From Macrostomum hystrix (taxonomy: Eukaryota > Animalia > Platyhelminthes), in NCBI GenBank assembly GCA_950097015.1, contig CATNEN010000030.1:2232001-2296000 (forward strand): a stretch of 64,000 nucleotides of DNA, written 5' to 3'. The notes beneath the pieces are model-generated. The model had not been told where the DNA came from, did not search any database, and worked only from the letters and a program-made list of their open reading frames with translations. How positions within the stretch are numbered: position 1 is the stretch's first letter; each line of letters opens with the position of its first letter. This document shows positions 51,901 to 64,000 of the stretch, one piece after another. The translations under genes and the position numbers were made by a program.

Positions 51901-54900
51901 TGAGGCTGAATCAATGAGGCTGAATCAATGAGGCTGAATCAATGAGCCCGAATCAATGAGCCCGAGTCAATAAGGCTGAGTCAATGAGGCTGAATCAATG
52001 AGCCTGAGTCAATGAGGCTGAGTCAATGAGGCTGAGTCAATGAGGCTGAGTCAATGAGCCTGAGTCAATGAGCCCGAATCAATGAGACTGAGTCAATGAG
52101 GCTGAGTCAATGAGGCTGAATCAATGAGGCTGGAATCAATGGGCTGAATCAATGAGGCTGAATCAATGAGCCTGAGTCAATGAGGCTGAGTCAATGAGGC
52201 TGAATCAATGAGCCCGAATCAATGAGGCTGAGTCAATGAGCCTGAATCAATGAGGCTGAGTCAATGAGGCTGAGTCAATGAGCCCGAATCAATGAGCCTG
52301 AATCAATGAGGCTGAGTCAATGAGGCTGAGTCAATGAGCCTGAATCAATGAGCCTGAGTCAATGAGGCTGAGTCAATGAGCCTGAATCAATGAGGCTGAG
52401 TCAATGAGGCTGAGTCAATGAGCCTGAGTCAATGAGCCCGAATCAATGAGCCTGAATCAATGAGCCTGAGTCAATGAGGCTGAGTCAATGAGGCTGAATC
52501 AATGAGGCTGAATCTATGAGGCTGAGTCAATGAGGCTGAATCAATGAGGCTGAGTCTATGAGGCTGAGTCAATGAGGCTGAGTCAATGAGGCTGAATCAA
52601 TGAGGCTGAATCAATGAGGCTGAATCAATGGGGCTGAATCAATGAGGCTGAATCAATGAGCTGAAGTCAATGAGCCTGAGTCAATGAGCCGAATCAATGA
52701 GGGTGAGACTGAGTCAATGAGGCTGAGTCAATGAGGCTGAATCAATGAGCCTGAGTCAATGAGGCTGAGTCAATGAGGCTGAATCAATGAGCCTGAGTCA
52801 ATGAGGCTGAGTCAATGAGCCTGAATCAATGAGCTGAGTCAATGAGCCTGAGTCAATGAGCCTGAGTCAATGAGCCTGAATCAATGAGCTGAGTCAATGA
52901 GGCTGAGTCAATGAGGCCGAATCAATGAGGCTGAATCAATGAGGCTGAGTCAATGAGGCTGAATCAATGAGGCCTGAATCAATGAGGCTGAGTCAATGAG
53001 GCTGAGTCAATGAGCCTGAATCAATGAGGCTGAGTCAATGAGCCTGAGTCAATGAGGCCTGAGTCAATGAGGCCGAATCAATGAGCCGAATCAATGAGCC
53101 TGAATCAATGAGGCTGAGTCAATGAGGCTGAGTCAATGAGGCTGAATCATATGAGGCTGAGTCAATGAGGCTGAAGTCAATGAGGCTGAAGTCAATGAGG
53201 CTGAATCAATGAGGCTGAGTCAATGAGGCCTGAATCAATGAGGCTGAATCAATGAGCCTGAATCAATGAGGCTGAAGTCAATGAGGCTGAAGTCAATGAG
53301 CCTGAATCAATGAGGCTGAGATCAATGAGGCTGAGTCTATGAGGCTGAGTCAATGAGGCTGAGTCAATGAGGCCTGAAGTCAATGAGGCTGAATCAATGA
53401 GCTGAGTCAATGAGGCTGAATCAATGAGGCTGAATCAATGAGGCCTGAGTCAATGAGGCTGAGTCAATGAGCCTGAATCAATGAGGCTGAGTCAATGAGG
53501 CTGAGTCAATGAGCCTGAATCAATGAGCCCGAATCAATGAGCCTGAGATCAATGAGCCTGAGTCAATGAGGCTGAGTCAATGAGGCTGAATCAATGAGGC
53601 TGAATCAATGAGCTGAGTCAATGAGCCTGAATCAATGAGGCTGAGTCAATGAGGCCTGAATCAATGAGGCTGAGTCAATGAGGCTGAGTCAATGAGGCTG
53701 AATCAATGAGGCCTGAATCAATGAGGCTGAATCAATGAGGCTGAATCAATGAGGCCTGAATCAATGAGGCTGAATCAATGAGGCCTGAATCAATGAGCCC
53801 GAATCAATGAGGCCTGAGTCAATGAGGCTGAGTCAATGAGGCTGAGTCAATGAGGCTGAGTCAATGAGGCTGATTCAATGAGGCGAATCAATGAGGCTGA
53901 GTCAATGAGGCTGAATCAATGAGGCTGAGTCAATGAGGCTGAGTCAATGAGGCTGAAGTCAATGAGGCTGAAGTCAATGAGCCTGAGTCATGAGGCTGAG
54001 TCAATGAGGCTGAATCAATGAGGCTGAATCAATGGGGCTGAATCAATGAGCTGAATCAATGAGGCTGAGTCAATGAGGCCTGAGTCAATGAGCCCGAATC
54101 AATGAGACGAGTCAATGAGGCTGAGTCAATGAGGCTGAAGTCAATGAGCCTGAATCAATGGGCTGAAGTCAATGAGGCTGATCAATGAGCTGAGTCAATG
54201 AGGCTGAGTCAATGAGGCTGAATCAATGAGCCCTGAAGTCAATGAGGCTGAGTCAATGAGCCTGAATCAATGAGGCTGAGTCAATGAGGCTGAGTCAATG
54301 AGCCCGAATCAATGAGCCTGAATCAATGAGGCTGAGTCAATGAGGCTGAGTCAATGAGCTGAATCAATGAGGCTGAGTCAATGAGGCTGAGTCAATGAGG
54401 CCTGAATCAATGAGGCCTGAGTCAATGAGGCTGAGTCAATGAGGCTGAGTCAATGAGCCCTGAAGTCAATGAGGCTGAATCAATGAGGCTGAGTCAATGA
54501 GGCTGAGTCAATGAGCCTGAATCAATGAGGCTGAATCAATGAGGCTGAATCAATGAGCCTGAGTCAATGAGGCTGAGTCAATGAGGCTGAATCAATGAGG
54601 CTGAGTCAATGAGGCTGAGTCAATGAGCCTGAATCAATGAGGCTGAGTCAATGAGGCTGAGTCAATGAGCCTGAGTCAATGAGCCCTGAATCAATGAGCT
54701 GAATCAATGAGGCCTGAGTCAATGAGGCTGAATCAATGAGGCTGAATCAATGAGGCTGAGTCAATGAGGCCCGAATCAATGAGCCCGAGTCAATAAGGCT
54801 GAGTCAATGAGGCTGAATCAATGAGCCGAATCAATGAGGTGAGTCAATGAGGCTGAGTCAATGAGGCTGAGTCAATGAGGCTGAGTCAATGAGCCTGAGT

Positions 54901-57900
54901 CAATGAGCCCCGAATCAATGGAGACTGAGTCAATGAGGCTGAGTCAATGAGGCTGAATCAATGAGGCTGAATCAATGGGGCTGAATCAATGAGGCTGAAT
55001 CAATGAGCCTGAGTCAATGAGGCTGAGTCAATGAGGCTGAATCAATGAGCCCGAATCAATGAGGCTGAGTCAATGAGCCTGAATCAATGAGGCTGAGTCA
55101 ATGAGGCTGAGTCAATGAGCCCGATCAATGAGCCTGAATCAATGAGCTGAGTCAATGAGGCTGAGTCAATGAGCCTGAATCAATGAGCCTGAGTCAATGA
55201 GGCTGAGTCAATGAGGCTGAATCAATGAGCCTGAGTCAATGAGCCTGAGTCAATGAGGCTGAGTCAATGAGCCTGAGTCAATGAGGCTGAATCAATGAGG
55301 CTGAGTCAATGAGGCTGAGTCAATGAGCCTGAGTCAATGAGGCTGAATCAATGAGGCTGAATCAATGAGCCTGAGTCAATGAGGCTGAGTCAATGAGGCT
55401 GAATCAATGAGGCTGAGTCAATGAGGCTGAGTCAATGAGCCTGAATCAATGAGGCTGAGTCAATGAGGCTGAGTCAATGAGCCTGAGTCAATGAGCCCGA
55501 ATCAATGAGCCTGAATCAATGAGCCTGAGTCAATGAGGCTGAATCAATGAGGCTGAATCAATGAGGCTGAATCAATGAGCCCGAATCAATGAGCCCGAGT
55601 CAATAAGGCTGAGTCAATGAGGCTGAATCAATGAGCCTGAGTCAATGAGGCTGAGTCAATGAGGCTGAATCAATGAGCCCGAATCAATGAGGCTGAATCA
55701 ATGAGGCTGAATCAATGAGGCTGAATCAATGAGGCTGAATCAATGAGGCTGAATCAATGAGCCCGAATCAATGAGCCCGAGTCAATAAGGCTGAGTCAAT
55801 GAGGCTGAGTCAATGAGGCTGAGTCAATGAGGCTGATTCAATGAGGCTGAATCAATGAGGCTGAATCTATGAGGCTGAGTCAATGAGGCTGAATCAATGA
55901 GGCTGAATCTATGAGGCTGAGTCAATGAGGCTGAATCAATGAGGCTGAGTCAATGAGGCTGAATCAATGAGACTGAGTCAATGAGACTGAGTAAATGAGG
56001 CTGAATCAATGGGGCTGAATCAATGAGGCTGAATCAATGAGACTGAGTCAATGAGCCTGAATCAATGAGCCTGAGTCAATGAGGCAGAGTCAATGAGCCT
56101 GAATCAATGAGGCTGAGTCAATGAGGCTGAGTCAATGAGCCCGAATCAATGAGCCTGAATCAATGAGCCTGAATCAATGAGGCTGAGTCAATGAGCCTGA
56201 ATCAATGAGCCTGAGTCAATGAGGCTGAGTCAATGAGGCTGAATCAATGAGCCTGAGTCAATGAGCCTGAGTCAATGAGGCTGAGTCAATGAGCCTGAGT
56301 CAATGAGGCTGAATCAATGAGGCTGAGTCAATGAGGCTGAGTCAATGAGCCTGAGTCAATGAGGCTGAATCAATGAGGCTGAATCAATGAGCCTGAGTCA
56401 ATGAGGCTGAGTCAATGAGGCTGAATCAATGAGGCTGAGTCAATGAGGCTGAGTCAATGAGCCTGAATCAATGAGGCTGAGTCAATGAGGCTGAGTCAAT
56501 GAGCCTGAGTCAATGAGCCCGAATCAATGAGCCTGAATCAATGAGCCTGAGTCAATGAGGCTGAATCAATGAGGCTGAATCAATGAGGCTGAATCAATGA
56601 GCCCGAATCAATGAGCCCGAGTCAATAAGGCTGAGTCAATGAGGCTGAATCAATGAGCCTGAGTCAATGAGGCTGAGTCAATGAGGCTGAATCAATGAGC
56701 CCGAATCAATGAGGCTGAATCAATGAGGCTGAATCAATGAGGCTGAATCAATGAGGCTGAATCAATGAGGCTGAATCAATGAGCCCGAATCAATGAGCCC
56801 GAGTCAATAAGGCTGAGTCAATGAGGCTGAGTCAATGAGGCTGAGTCAATGAGGCTGATTCAATGAGGCTGAATCAATGAGGCTGAATCTATGAGGCTGA
56901 GTCAATGAGGCTGAATCAATGAGGCTGAATCTATGAGGCTGAGTCAATGAGGCTGAATCAATGAGGCTGAGTCAATGAGGCTGAATCAATGAGACTGAGT
57001 CAATGAGACTGAGTAAATGAGGCTGAATCAATGGGGCTGAATCAATGAGGCTGAATCAATGAGACTGAGTCAATGAGGCTGAGGCAATGAGGCTGAATCA
57101 ATGAGACTGAGTCAATGAGGCTGAATCAATGAGGCTGAATCAATGAGCCCGAATCAATGAGCCTGAATCAATGAGGCTGAGTCAATGAGGCTGAGTCAAT
57201 GAGCCCGAATCAATGAGCCTGAATCAATGAGGCTGAGTCAATGAGGCTGAGTCAATGAGCCTGAATCAATGAGCCTGAGTCAATGAGGCTGAGTCAATGA
57301 GCCTGAATCAATGAGGCTGAGTCAATGAGGCTGAGTCAATGAGCCTGAGTCAATGAGCCCGAATCAATGAGCCTGAATCAATGAGCCTGAGTCAATGAGG
57401 CTGAGTCAATGAGGCTGAATCAATGAGGCTGAATCTATGAGGCTGAGTCAATGAGGCTGAATCAATGAGGCTGAGTCTATGAGGCTGAGTCAATGAGGCT
57501 GAGTCAATGAGGCTGAATCAATGAGGCTGAATCAATGAGGCTGAATCAATGGGGCTGAATCAATGAGGCTGAATCAATGAGCCCGAATCAATGAGACTGA
57601 GTCAATGAGGCTGAATCAATGAGCCCGAATCAATGAGACTGAGTCAATGAGGCTGAGTCAATGAGGCTGAATCAATGAGCCTGAGTCAATGAGGCTGAAT
57701 CAATGAGGCTGAATCAATGAGCCCGAATCAATGAGGCTGAGTCAATGAGCCTGAATCAATGAGGCTGAGTCAATGAGGCTGAGTCAATGAGCCTGAGTCA
57801 ATGAGCCCGAATCAATGAGACTGAGTCAATGAGGCTGAGTCAATGAGGCTGAATCAATGAGGCTGAATCAATGGGGCTGAATCAATGAGGCTGAATCAAT

Positions 57901-59086
57901 GAGCCTGAGTCAATGAGGCTGAGTCAATGAGGCTGAATCAATGAGCCCGAATCAATGAGGCTGAGTCAATGAGCCTGAATCAATGAGGCTGAGTCAATGA
58001 GGCTGAGTCAATGAGCCCGAATCAATGAGCCTGAATCAATGAGGCTGAGTCAATGAGGCTGAGTCAATGAGCCTGAATCAATGAGCCTGAGTCAATGAGG
58101 CTGAGTCAATGAGGCTGAATCAATGAGCCTGAGTCAATGAGCCTGAGTCAATGAGGCTGAGTCAATGAGCCTGAGTCAATGAGGCTGAATCAATGAGGCT
58201 GAGTCAATGAGGCTGAGTCAATGAGCCTGAGTCAATGAGGCTGAATCAATGAGGCTGAATCAATGAGCCTGAGTCAATGAGGCTGAGTCAATGAGGCTGA
58301 ATCAATGAGGCTGAGTCAATGAGGCTGAGTCAATGAGCCTGAATCAATGAGGCTGAGTCAATGAGGCTGAGTCAATGAGCCTGAGTCAATGAGCCCGAAT
58401 CAATGAGCCTGAATCAATGAGCCTGAGTCAATGAGGCTGAATCAATGAGGCTGAATCAATGAGGCTGAATCAATGAGCCCGAATCAATGAGCCCGAGTCA
58501 ATAAGGCTGAGTCAATGAGGCTGAATCAATGAGCCTGAGTCAATGAGGCTGAGTCAATGAGGCTGAATCAATGAGCCCGAATCAATGAGGCTGAATCAAT
58601 GAGGCTGAATCAATGAGGCTGAATCAATGAGGCTGAATCAATGAGGCTGAATCAATGAGCCCGAATCAATGAGCCCGAGTCAATAAGGCTGAGTCAATGA
58701 GGCTGAGTCAATGAGGCTGAGTCAATGAGGCTGATTCAATGAGGCTGAATCTATGAGGCTGAGTCAATGAGGCTGAATCAATGAGGCTGAATCTATGAGG
58801 CTGAGTCAATGAGGCTGAATCAATGAGGCTGAGTCAATGAGGCTGAATCAATGAGACTGAGTCAATGAGACTGAGTAAATGAGGCTGAATCAATGGGGCT
58901 GAATCAATGAGGCTGAATCAATGAGACTGAGTCAATGAGGCTGAGGCAATGAGGCTGAATCAATGAGACTGAGTCAATGAGGCTGAATCAATGAGGCTGA
59001 ATCAATGAGCCCGAATCAATGAGACTGAATCAATGAGGCTGAATCAGTGAGGCTGAATGAATGAGACTGAATGAATGAGGCTGAAT
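48947..59086. repeat. 10.1-kb satellite array, 14-bp unit GAG(G/C)CTGA(G/A)TCAAT, about 720 copies, with higher-order blocks
   Basis: Direct periodicity; rare GTAAA variant at 55991, 57013 and 58875 (offsets 1022 and 1862 = 73 and 133 units). Confidence 0.99.
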
Positions 59087-60055
59087 TCCTATAGTTGAAA
59101 TCAGCGAAGCTGTGTCAATCACGTAGCAGAATTCTCATTTTTTGTTTGAAACCAATCAATATAATTCCCGACAATATAGGCTTGACTTAACTGATTGAAA
59201 TTTACCGCGGGCCTTGCAACGGAATCGGTGAAAAAGATTCTCGAGAAAAAACGAATTAATTGAGAGCAGCAATTTTATAGACTATAATCATGCTACAATT
59301 CCATTGTTGAAGGATTTTTTATCGGAAATCAAGAATCCTTCCACCGTGCTGCACTTTCTCCATTGTGTAGGTTTTGTATTTAAAGCAATAAAACAATGAA
59401 ACAAAAGCTACGCAAAGGACAAAGCGACAATAGAAAAGAAATGAATTAACAGGATAATGAATTGAAGTCTAGACTAGCTTTTTCAATTAAATAAATTGCT
59501 TTGCATTCTTTTTTTCCAGCAATAAAACTAAATCCATCACCAAGCAAGCGTCAAGCAGTGATCTTCGTTTGTGGCATCCACTTTGAAAACTCAACTAAGC
59601 ATACTAATATTCACTAGCATAAGTAGTAAAGTAAGCAAAACCGAATATCAGAATACTTTATTAACAAATATTTTCTAAAAGACTGACTGAAAATTTACAA
59701 TAAAACAAATACTGCACGAGTTAAAATTGTGAAGACATGAGAAAATGACTAGGCTAAAAAATCTGTAAAAATGTCCTTAATATACCGATAATAGTAGTCT
59801 GTGGAGCGAGTAAAAATGTTGATTGCAGGTAATAAGAACTGGTCGTCATGACAGGCATACTCCAAATAATTTTAGGCACCAAAAATTGAGGAAAACGTAT
59901 GCACAATGAAATTTCTGTTTACTCAAAAAAAATTTACTGTACTTTATAGTAGGAACAAATAACGGTATCTGACACTAATTTAAGACTAGAATATTGCAAC
60001 TATAAAAATTCGCACAATAAATAAAAACTCGGCCAAAAGACTAGAAAATAAGTTA

Positions 60056-61557
60056 GGTGCGGGGTAGATATGATTGACTGAAGCTACAGGGTGTGGTGTT
60101 GAGGTGATTGACTGAAGCTACAGGGTGTGGGGTAGATTTGATTGACTGAAGCTACAGGGTGTGGGGTAGATTTGATTGACTGAAGCTACAGGGTGTGGGG
60201 TAGATTTGATTGACTGAAGCTACAGGGTGTGGGGTAGATTTGATTGACTGAAGCTACAGGGTGTGGTGTAGAGATGATTGACTGAAGCTACAGGGTGTGG
60301 TGTAGATTTGATTGACTGAAGCTACAGGGTGTGGTGTAGATTTGATTGAATGAAGCTACAGGGTGTGGGGTAGATTTGATTGACTGAAGCTACAGGGTGT
60401 GGTGTAGATTTGATTGACTGAAGCTACAGGGTGTGGGGTAGATTTGATTGACTGAAGCTACAGGGTGTGGGGTAGATTTGATTGACTGAAGCTACAGGGT
60501 GTGGGGTAGATTTGATTGACTGAAGCTACAGGGTGTGGGGTAGATGTGATTGACTGAAGCTACAGGGTGTGGGGTAGATTTGATTGACTGAAGCTACAGG
60601 GTGTGGTGTAGAGGTGATTGACTGAAGCTACAGGGTGTGGGGTAGATTTGATTGACTGAAGCTACAGGGTGTGGGGTAGAGGTGATTGACTGAAGCTACA
60701 GGGTGTGGGGTAGATTTGATTGACTGAAGCTACAGGGTGTGGTGTAGATTTGATTGACTGAAGCTACAGGGTGTGGTGTAGATTTGATTGACTGAAGCTA
60801 CAGGGTGTGGTGTAGAGGTGATTGACTGAAGCTACAGGGTGTGGGGTAGATTTGATTGACTGAAGCTACAGGGTGTGGTGTAGAGGTGATTGACTGAAGC
60901 TACAGGGTGTGGTGTAGAGGTGATTGACTGAAGCTACAGGGTGTGGTGTAGATTTGATTGACTGAAGCTACAGGGTGTGGTGTAGAGGTGATTGACTGAA
61001 GCTACAGGGTGTGGTGTAGAGGTGATTGACTGAAGCTACAGGGTGTGGGGTAGATTTGATTGACTGAAGCTACAGGGTGTGGGGTAGATTTGATTGACTG
61101 AAGCTACAGGGTGTGGGGTAGATTTGATTGACTGAAGCTACAGGGTGTGGGGTAGATTTGATTGACTGAAGCTACAGGGTGTGGGGTAGATTTGATTGAC
61201 TGAAGCTACAGGGTGTGGTGTAGAGGTGATTGACTGAAGCTACAGGGTGTGGTGTAGAGGTGATTGACTGAAGCTACAGGGTGTGGTGTAGAGGTGATTG
61301 ACTGAAGCTACAGGGTGTGGTGTAGAGGTGATTGACTGAAGCTACAGGGTGTGGTGTAGAGGTGATTGACTGAAGCTACAGGGTGTGGTGTAGAGGTGAT
61401 TGACTGAAGCTACAGGGTGTGGTGTAGAGGTGATTGACTGAAGCTACAGGGTGTGGTGTAGAGGTGATTGACTGAAGCTACAGGGTGTGGTGTTGAGGTG
61501 ATTGACTGAAGCTACAGGGTGTGGTGTAGATGTGATTGACTGAAGTTACAGGGTGTG
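60056..61557. repeat. Minisatellite, 34-bp unit GATTGACTGAAGCTACAGGGTGTGG(G/T)GTAGA(TTT/GGT), about 44 copies
   Basis: CAGGGT at 60121 and 60155; variants are polarised, with GGTGTAGAGGT fixed at the right end. Confidence 0.98.
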
Positions 61558-63204
61558 TGAGGTTGTACTGAATGTTAACTGTTTTACTAAACCGTTACAC
61601 AGAGAAAAATATGAAAGTACTTTTACTTAGACGCCCTTAAGAAAGTCCGCTCGGTGAGAGGTCGCCATGCAGTCAGGAAGACAGTGCGCCAACCATGGCA
61701 GACAAGCCGAGTTCCTCCAGCAGTGACTTCGGCTCCTCGCCATCCTGCAGTGAGATTTTAGGGCACCAGTTTTGAAGTTTGAAGGGCCTTGAGTTCTTTG
61801 AATCTGGATCACTTATTCAGGCTTTGGTTAGTATTGTAGCCAGTCAATTTCTATATTCTACTGCTTATGAGTAGTCTGTTGCGTAAAAAATTCAAAGGAA
61901 CTAGATTTCAATGGATTTTTTAGTTATCCTGTCCATATTGCTGATTGTACGTTAAACAGGAAAGTAAAATATATTGTTAAACCAACATATACTTGATATA
62001 CTTACATGAATAAACAAGTTAAACAAACAATAACAAAATTACAAAGGAAGAGTGCAAAGCATAAGATCCATTTAAAGTAAAATATTAACCATTCATAAAA
62101 AATCCAAAAGCTAAGAAGTATAACAAACACTCTAATACTTGATAGTAACAACAAGAACAACAAATGCTGACAACGCAGGACACACCAATTCTAGATTTTA
62201 TTATTACTATAGAAATGGATAAAATCGTGAATACTGTCTGATCAGTAAAATTGTGAGAATAAGCTTCAGCCAATTATACAAATAAATAAAAATAAACTGT
62301 ATTAACTTTGAAATTTAACTTAATAATTATTCAAAACTTCTGATCCATTTTTCATTAGCGTCAGTGAAATCCTTGTTAGAACTAATAAAATTCTCCGACA
62401 TTATGCTCGTAGTGCGTATATTTTCCGGTGTTAATTGCTTGTATAATTTTTTACGATTATCGATCGAAAACTTCTGAAGCTCAATATCGTATAAGATTCT
62501 TTTCGAAAATTCAACCTTAACCTTATTTTTAGTAAAAAGATCGGCTTTTATTAACAAAACTACTTCAGCGAACATAAACTTAATCCCCTCAAACCACTAT
62601 TACAAAGTGAATATCGGTCCTTTTTACACGTGCGAAATTAACTTGGAAAGGGTTAAGTTTAACCAAAACCATTTCAACGATGAAGGTAAAGTAAATAAAA
62701 GCTAAAAAGCAGGTTTGGAAAAGTTGCTAACCCCCTAGAAGTGACAGCAGTCAGCATCTACGCCTGAGACTGGCCACCATGCACAAGTGAGCAAACTGAC
62801 CAAGCAACGAATTATCCCAGGCCGTGGTCCTCGAAAAAGCCTTGCGGCGTCTCCTCCTAGGGAATGCGGAGAATCAGAAAGTTGACAATAAAATCACTGA
62901 ATGTGTGAGTCACGAAGAAAATTAAACAACATATTTGGATTTTCAGCCTCCGACGCAGTTGATGTACTTGTGATGACTCTATGTACATAATTAGTAACTT
63001 CAGCAAAGCCCATGAATTTTGGGCTGTTTAATTGAGAGCTGACTTCATTTTAGACCTGCCCTGTGAAATTTAGTTGTAGGAAAAAGATCCTAATTGATAA
63101 TTTAATTTATTGATAATTAACTACACCTGCCCCGACAGATGCTGGGCCAGAGTTGCAGCCAACGACAGCACAGCCGCAGCTATTGCGCGGCGTATCTGAA
63201 GGCT

Positions 63205-63662
63205 GCGTAGGGGCTGTTCAGTCCATGGACTGGGGGAACGCCACACCAACCCTTGATAACCCCAGCTGATGCTGGTACCCATTTAACAGCTGGGTGAACT
63301 GACGAAATGCAGATTCAAGTGTCGTTGCTAAGGGACAGAAATTGTTCCAGTGGAGTCGGGAATCGAACCCCCGACCTTCAAGTCGTGAGTCCGAACCAGG
63401 GGTCCCGCCCGTTGCTCCTTCCGACACCTACAGTATACTGTTTTATCTCTCCCGTCTCTCATCTCTCCTGTGTCTCATCTCTCCTCGGTCTCGTCTCTCC
63501 TGTGTCTCATTTCTAGTGTGTCTTATCTATTCTGTCTCATCTCTCCCCCCTATCTCATATTTCTATAGTCAATGCGGCCCGCTGTCGTCTTTTAGGTTCT
63601 CTCTTTGGCCCGCTAGCTAGTAGGTTTGCCGACCCCAGTCTAAACACTAGGCTACAAACCCC
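63205..63662 (-). mobile_element. tRNA-derived SINE family B (CORE-like), head interrupted by a MITE
   Basis: Minus strand: GGGGTTTGTAGCCTAGTGTTTAGAC [insert] GTTCGGACTCACGACTTGAAGGTCGGGGGTTCGATTCCC..GTCCCTTAGCAACGACACTTG..CAGCTGTTAAATGGGTACC; collinear with 27338-27550. Confidence 0.85.
63397..63638 (-). mobile_element. Non-autonomous hAT-Charlie-like MITE (242 bp) nested in the SINE head
   Basis: Ends CTGGGGTCGGCAAACC and (reverse complement) CAGGGGTCCCGCCC; internal GCGGGCC motifs; flanking 8-mers GTCCGAAC and GTCTAAAC match at 6/8, the second overlapping the terminal G. Confidence 0.65.
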
Positions 63663-64000
63663 TTGGATATATATTTATAACAAGTCATATAAGCACAAAC
63701 TCGCTATAGTAACTATAAAGCTATTGATGACCTGTACCAAATTGATTACAACAATGCAGGTCATTTAAATTATTAAGGAAACTACAAATAATATAAATAA
63801 TTTGCTAAGAAATGCTTAATAATAAAATGTTACAAACAGGAGAGAGATTAATTAACTATTATGACATTTCAGTGCCTATCCATCGACATTGAAGCAAAAG
63901 TTCCGGTAACAAAAAGATAGGACGAATAGACAAGCAATGACATTTAGAAACTTGCTCCGAAAAAGTAAAATGTTTTTTTAATTCTTTTTTTTCGAAAAGT

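Overview
This is eukaryotic (animal) genomic DNA, not prokaryotic. GC-rich exons, AT-rich introns and very high minisatellite density suggest a free-living flatworm such as Macrostomum (inference only). Six spliced plus-strand genes can be rebuilt from GT-AG junctions: two tandem paralogous secreted Cys-rich proteins (C..FVCP..CCG..CC; Shisa/CX-like), EI24, MRPS24, phenylalanine hydroxylase (with a +1 frameshift in exon 3) and gamma-tubulin complex component 5. There are also fragments of an unidentified convergent minus-strand gene. About 28 kb (about 45%) is tandem repeat: roughly 15 unrelated arrays with 14-41 bp units (one about 75 bp), including a 10.1-kb 14-mer array. These arrays produce most of the long ORFs in the track, which are artefacts. 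Interspersed elements are two tRNA-derived SINE families (one with a CORE/MIR-like central domain), a hAT-Charlie-like MITE nested in a SINE, a TA-flanked foldback MITE, and a 66-bp 28S rRNA fragment with a candidate target-site duplication ending at the helix 69/R2 site. The most notable observations are: MRPS24 appears to lack its own start codon, so the flatworm spliced-leader AUG could supply it; an EI24 intron holds about 100 decoy splice acceptors, the first in frame with the upstream exon; and a 10-kb array is built from an AP-1/ARE-type motif.
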